DNA of 63,655 nt, from NCBI RefSeq assembly GCF_001949145.1, contig NW_019091360.1, positions 554,137-617,791 on the forward strand. The letters are read 5' to 3'. Positions 61,701 through 63,655 of this stretch are shown here, in pieces; the stretch's first letter is position 1, and every line of letters starts with the position of its first letter. Below the pieces are notes generated by a model. It saw only the letters and a program-made list of their open reading frames with translations, was not told where the DNA came from and did no database searches. The translations under genes and the position numbers were made by a program. Source of the DNA: Acanthaster planci. Taxonomy: Eukaryota.

Positions 61701-63400
61701 TAGTGGGCAATGCCAAAAAGTAGAAAACAGTGTTCTGTCTTGTTTGTCTTCTAACTGATGAAGAATTTTCTGAATGCTTAAGTTATACTTACAAGAAAGA
61801 AACAAATTTCATTGTCAAATATGAGAGCATTTTGCAAGACATGAGAATGTCCTTCAAAGCATTGACTAATTCAGAACATGGGAACTTCATGTTGTGACTT
61901 TAGACTGAGAAACCATATACAGTGTCTTGTTCACACAGAGGAGATATTCAGGTATGGTGGGAAATAATGAATTTCTCACATGTGCTAGGAAAACAAATAC
62001 ACTGTAGTTTTCATCTGATTGGATGGTCAATTCCACTCCGCCTCTTGGAATAGAACATTCAGTCTGTCACGTCATTGACATACTTATAAATAGCTATCTC
62101 TCCAGTAAATTTTAATTGCAGTAAGCAGGTTTTAAGTTGCTTGTGCTCATTAACCATTTTTTTATAGTTTTGCGAAGAGTGGGTCTGTAAATTAAACGTC
62201 TTTAAATGGGGTTTTTGCGGTTAATCAGTTGTAGGTGTCACTTCAAAAATACCATTTTCCTTAACTATATAGTTTCCAGTGAACTAAATGTTTTGTAATT
62301 TTTAAATTATACTTATACCTATCAGGGTTGTAACTATTTGTGCATTCCAAATCATCCTCTTGCACATTGGATGATGAAGCTCACCAGCTAACCACACATT
62401 TTGCTGCACGTTATGGTGATTTGGAAGTTACCGGTATGACAAAGCAAAAAAAGCTAAAACCTCTGAAATATGACATTGTCTTACATTCTTCTTTTTTATT
62501 ATGTAAGACATGCATACTTGCCAAGTGCCAAGCATTCCTACATACTTTGCATTGTCCCAAGTTTTCAGACTGCATAATATCTGAATGTTCCTATTTCAAT
62601 AGAAAAGGGAAGTATTAAAAACATCTCGGCAAAAAGGCCTGCTATTTGCAGAAAAAGAGGCTGCTGTTTTCAGAAAAAGAGGCCACTGTTTGGAGAGAAG
62701 TGGCAACTATTTGCAGAAAAAGAGGGCAGTGTTTGCAAAACAAAAGGTGGACAGTATTTGCAACATCAAAATGGCAATGTTTCACATGTACATGTAAATT
62801 GCTTCTCTTACGTGGCTGCTAATTTGACTGTGGACTCGTAAAATGTATTTTGATTTCTGACTCTTCAGTGTTGGCAGGTACATGTACCGGTATGAGACAT
62901 GTCGAAATGTATGTAGATGTACTCAGTGGGCCCACCCATCATTCCTACAGCTTCTGTCCCACATGCTCAGTCATTCGGCATGAAAACAGCCATCACTAAA
63001 TTGTTTTAGCTACAACCTTGTCAGACATATAGTAGAATTTGAATAGTTAATGTTATCATGGAAAAATGGTCTGAATAGATGAATACAGGTTATGGTCAGA
63101 GGACCTCTTGAAATTGGTGAAGAAAAATATCCAGAAAACGGCAAAATTATTTGAATGGTCTGGAGTCTGAATTGTGTTCCTGTTTGTCAGTGTGATTTAC
63201 TACCTTCATTTGTTTGTAGACAAACCCAGTGGGATATGCCTAGCTGGGATGGAAATGCCCCAGTTCTTGGAGGGCCTGAGACAGATATGGACCTTGGCAC
63301 ACCTACCTATGATGAGAAATCCAAGAAGCGGACAACTACAGCTGCTGCAGATACATCCAGTGAATTGGCAAAACGATGCAAACTGCAGTTCAGATCTAAA
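25726..63400 (+). CDS. SETD2: Histone-lysine N-methyltransferase SETD2 (H3K36me3), spliced, 3' end beyond the window
   Basis: Phase-consistent GT-AG exons: 25726-25760, 31453-31471, 36895-40451, 40989-41117, 41721-41772, 42125-42201, 42382-42505, 42982-43059, 48030-48127, 48796-48949, 50302-50442, 51059-51172, 52785-53732, 55251-56210, 56501-56737, 57270-57386, 57890-58026, 63220-63400. Domains: AWS ([14 protein letters not shown]), SET ([43 protein letters not shown]), post-SET ([10 protein letters not shown]), WW and SRI start. The first two exons are inferred from splice signals and phase only. Confidence 0.95.
26252..26674 (+). mobile_element. TTAA-flanked MITE (piggyBac-like ends), copy A
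   Basis: TTAACCCT...GGTTAGGTTTAA; reverse complement of 26898-27332. Confidence 0.75.
26898..27332 (-). mobile_element. TTAA-flanked MITE (piggyBac-like ends), copy B, inverted relative to copy A
   Basis: TTAA|CCCTAACC...GGTTAGGG|TTAA; the same spurious 117-aa ORF appears on opposite strands in the two copies. Confidence 0.78.
29383..29533 (-). other. Penelope-like terminal-repeat relic with a minimal hammerhead ribozyme motif inside an inverted repeat
   Basis: Minus strand 29497-29463: CTGACGA-CGGACAG-agcaca-CTGTTCG-AAACGTTG. Flanked by a 29-bp perfect inverted repeat (AAGATGGAAAGCTTGCGGTAAACACCATG). Confidence 0.55.
32304..32878. mobile_element. Possible Kolobok/T2-type MITE
   Basis: TTAA-AGGG...CCCT-TTAA ends with weak further TIR similarity. 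Confidence 0.35.
32900..34780 (-). mobile_element. Highly decayed coding relic, possibly a DIRS-type (tyrosine recombinase) retroelement
   Basis: [20 protein letters not shown]...H resembles the N-terminal zinc finger of DIRS gag; higher GC than the flanking intron; weak recombinase-like remnant near 33150-33260. Confidence 0.35.
35647..35683 (+). mobile_element. tRNA-like SINE head running into a gap
   Basis: GCTCGGTGGTCGAGTGGTTAAG A-box-like sequence; the remainder is lost in Ns. Confidence 0.35.
36895..40451 (+). CDS. SETD2: SETD2 giant N-terminal exon (low complexity, S/T/E/K-rich)
   Basis: 3557-bp open exon ending [13 protein letters not shown], directly before the AWS exon. Confidence 0.9.
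40989..48949 (+). CDS. SETD2: SETD2 AWS-SET-postSET exons (7 exons)
   Basis: The spliced translation follows the SETD2 catalytic region motif by motif (RMICDC...[10 protein letters not shown]...KGHGL...YFMAL...NHSC...DYQF..YG..AQKC.CG). Confidence 0.95.
43118..45298. mobile_element. Non-autonomous Tc1/mariner-pogo-type element with nested insertions
   Basis: TA|CAGAATAGGTCAGAATTTTAGCCGACA ... TGTCGGCTAAAATTCTGACCTTTACTG|TA (27-bp TIR, TA TSD). Confidence 0.7.
44496..44937. mobile_element. TTAA-flanked MITE nested in the pogo-like element
   Basis: TTAA|CCACTTA ... TAAGTGG|TTAA. Confidence 0.6.
45344..45930 (+). mobile_element. TTAA-flanked MITE, copy A
   Basis: TTAA|CCACTTCCTGCCGGGG ... CCCCGGCAGGTAGTGG|TTAA; interior is the reverse complement of 46146-46732. 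Confidence 0.8.
46146..46732 (-). mobile_element. TTAA-flanked MITE, copy B, inverted relative to copy A
   Basis: TTAA|CCACTTCCTGC ... GGCATGAAGTGG|TTAA; shared interior such as CACAGCACCGCTGCATGCTAATCTGGCCCCTATTAAAAAGAGGTC. Confidence 0.8.
50708..50872 (-). mobile_element. tRNA-derived SINE relic
   Basis: Minus strand GGTTGACGTAGTGG (A-box-like), a degenerate B-box, and a GGTTTTCCTCCCAC body motif. Confidence 0.5.
51915..52700. repeat. T-rich minisatellite, ~32-bp unit, more than 20 copies
   Basis: Unit ~GTTTTGTGTTGTTTTGTTTCTGAAACACCGTTTG with variants. Confidence 0.92.
52785..53732 (+). CDS. SETD2: SETD2 exon ([21 protein letters not shown]...[10 protein letters not shown])
   Basis: Both ends match conserved SETD2 motifs (LPIP.KN.L..SK; LL..W..LK); AG/GT boundaries are in phase. 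Confidence 0.88.
55251..56210 (+). CDS. SETD2: SETD2 exon (EIYRIPK, RD/RE repeat, [10 protein letters not shown], His/Pro/Met-rich)
   Basis: 960-bp open exon, phase 0-0, with conserved E.YRIPK and LS.EERR..F..QV motifs. Confidence 0.88.
57890..58026 (+). CDS. SETD2: SETD2 WW-domain exon
   Basis: [23 protein letters not shown], completed by QTQWD.P in the next exon. Confidence 0.93.
59633..59815. repeat. 46-bp tandem repeat, 4 visible copies, running into the gap
   Basis: Unit TACACCTGCACAATCACTGCTCTAACACTGGTTCACCTTGCCAAAA. Confidence 0.92.
60064..61523 (+). mobile_element. hAT-like transposon relic (deleted); left end not visible
   Basis: ~60610-60760 translates EYTEKWLHI...[26 protein letters not shown], a zinc-finger motif of hAT-type transposases. 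Right end GTTAGCATCTCTG is a CAGAGATGC.AAC-type TIR. Confidence 0.55.
62625..62765. repeat. Degenerate ~22-bp tandem repeat
   Basis: Repeated CTATTTGCAGAAAAAGAGG-like units. Confidence 0.5.
63220..63400 (+). CDS. SETD2: SETD2 exon (end of WW, start of SRI domain)
   Basis: QTQWDMPSW...[11 protein letters not shown]...ADTSSELAK...FR; donor GTGAGT. Confidence 0.92.
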
Positions 63401-63655
63401 GTGAGTATTTAATTGTGACACAAGGCATCGCTTATAAGTCAGCATTTCAGGCTATGGTTATTAAGCCATATACTGGGAGGATCTAGTTGACTGGTCTTGC
63501 TCCATAATTCACAACACATTTGGTGGTTATTGAAACACTCTTGGATTGGTCTGCTGGGTTCATGGTTATACTGATTGAATGGCATGTTAATGTCTCCTGC
63601 CCCTCCACCATTAACAGTTTTGAGCACTTGAAGGCTTAATCATATCTGCGTACAC

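Overview
Animal genomic DNA with spliceosomal introns, many TACATGTA motifs and three assembly gaps, most likely from a marine invertebrate (inference). It has three zones. (1) 1-6.1 kb: a decayed Ty3/Gypsy LTR retrotransposon on the minus strand, inserted into a fragment of another Gypsy element. (2) 7953-19310: a complete but pseudogenised 11.36-kb integrated Polinton-like DNA virus. It has ~145-bp AGTAGTT...AACTACT terminal inverted repeats and a 5-bp GTTCA target-site duplication. It encodes a retroviral-type integrase, a double-jelly-roll-type major capsid protein, a penton-like minor capsid protein, an A32-like packaging ATPase, a Cys-repeat/HNH nuclease, several membrane proteins, a TFIIB-like protein and a candidate large-DNA-virus-type ssDNA-binding protein. 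No protein-primed DNA polymerase, helicase or maturation protease is recognisable. Its left end also folds back on itself. This polymerase-less, possibly virophage-like element is the most novel object in the window. (3) ~21.6 kb to the end: the host SETD2 (H3K36 methyltransferase) gene on the plus strand, with 18 coding exons traced; the 3' end lies outside the window. Its introns hold MITEs, SINE relics, minisatellites, a hAT relic and a Penelope-type minimal hammerhead. All family assignments come from motif recognition by eye; no database search was run.
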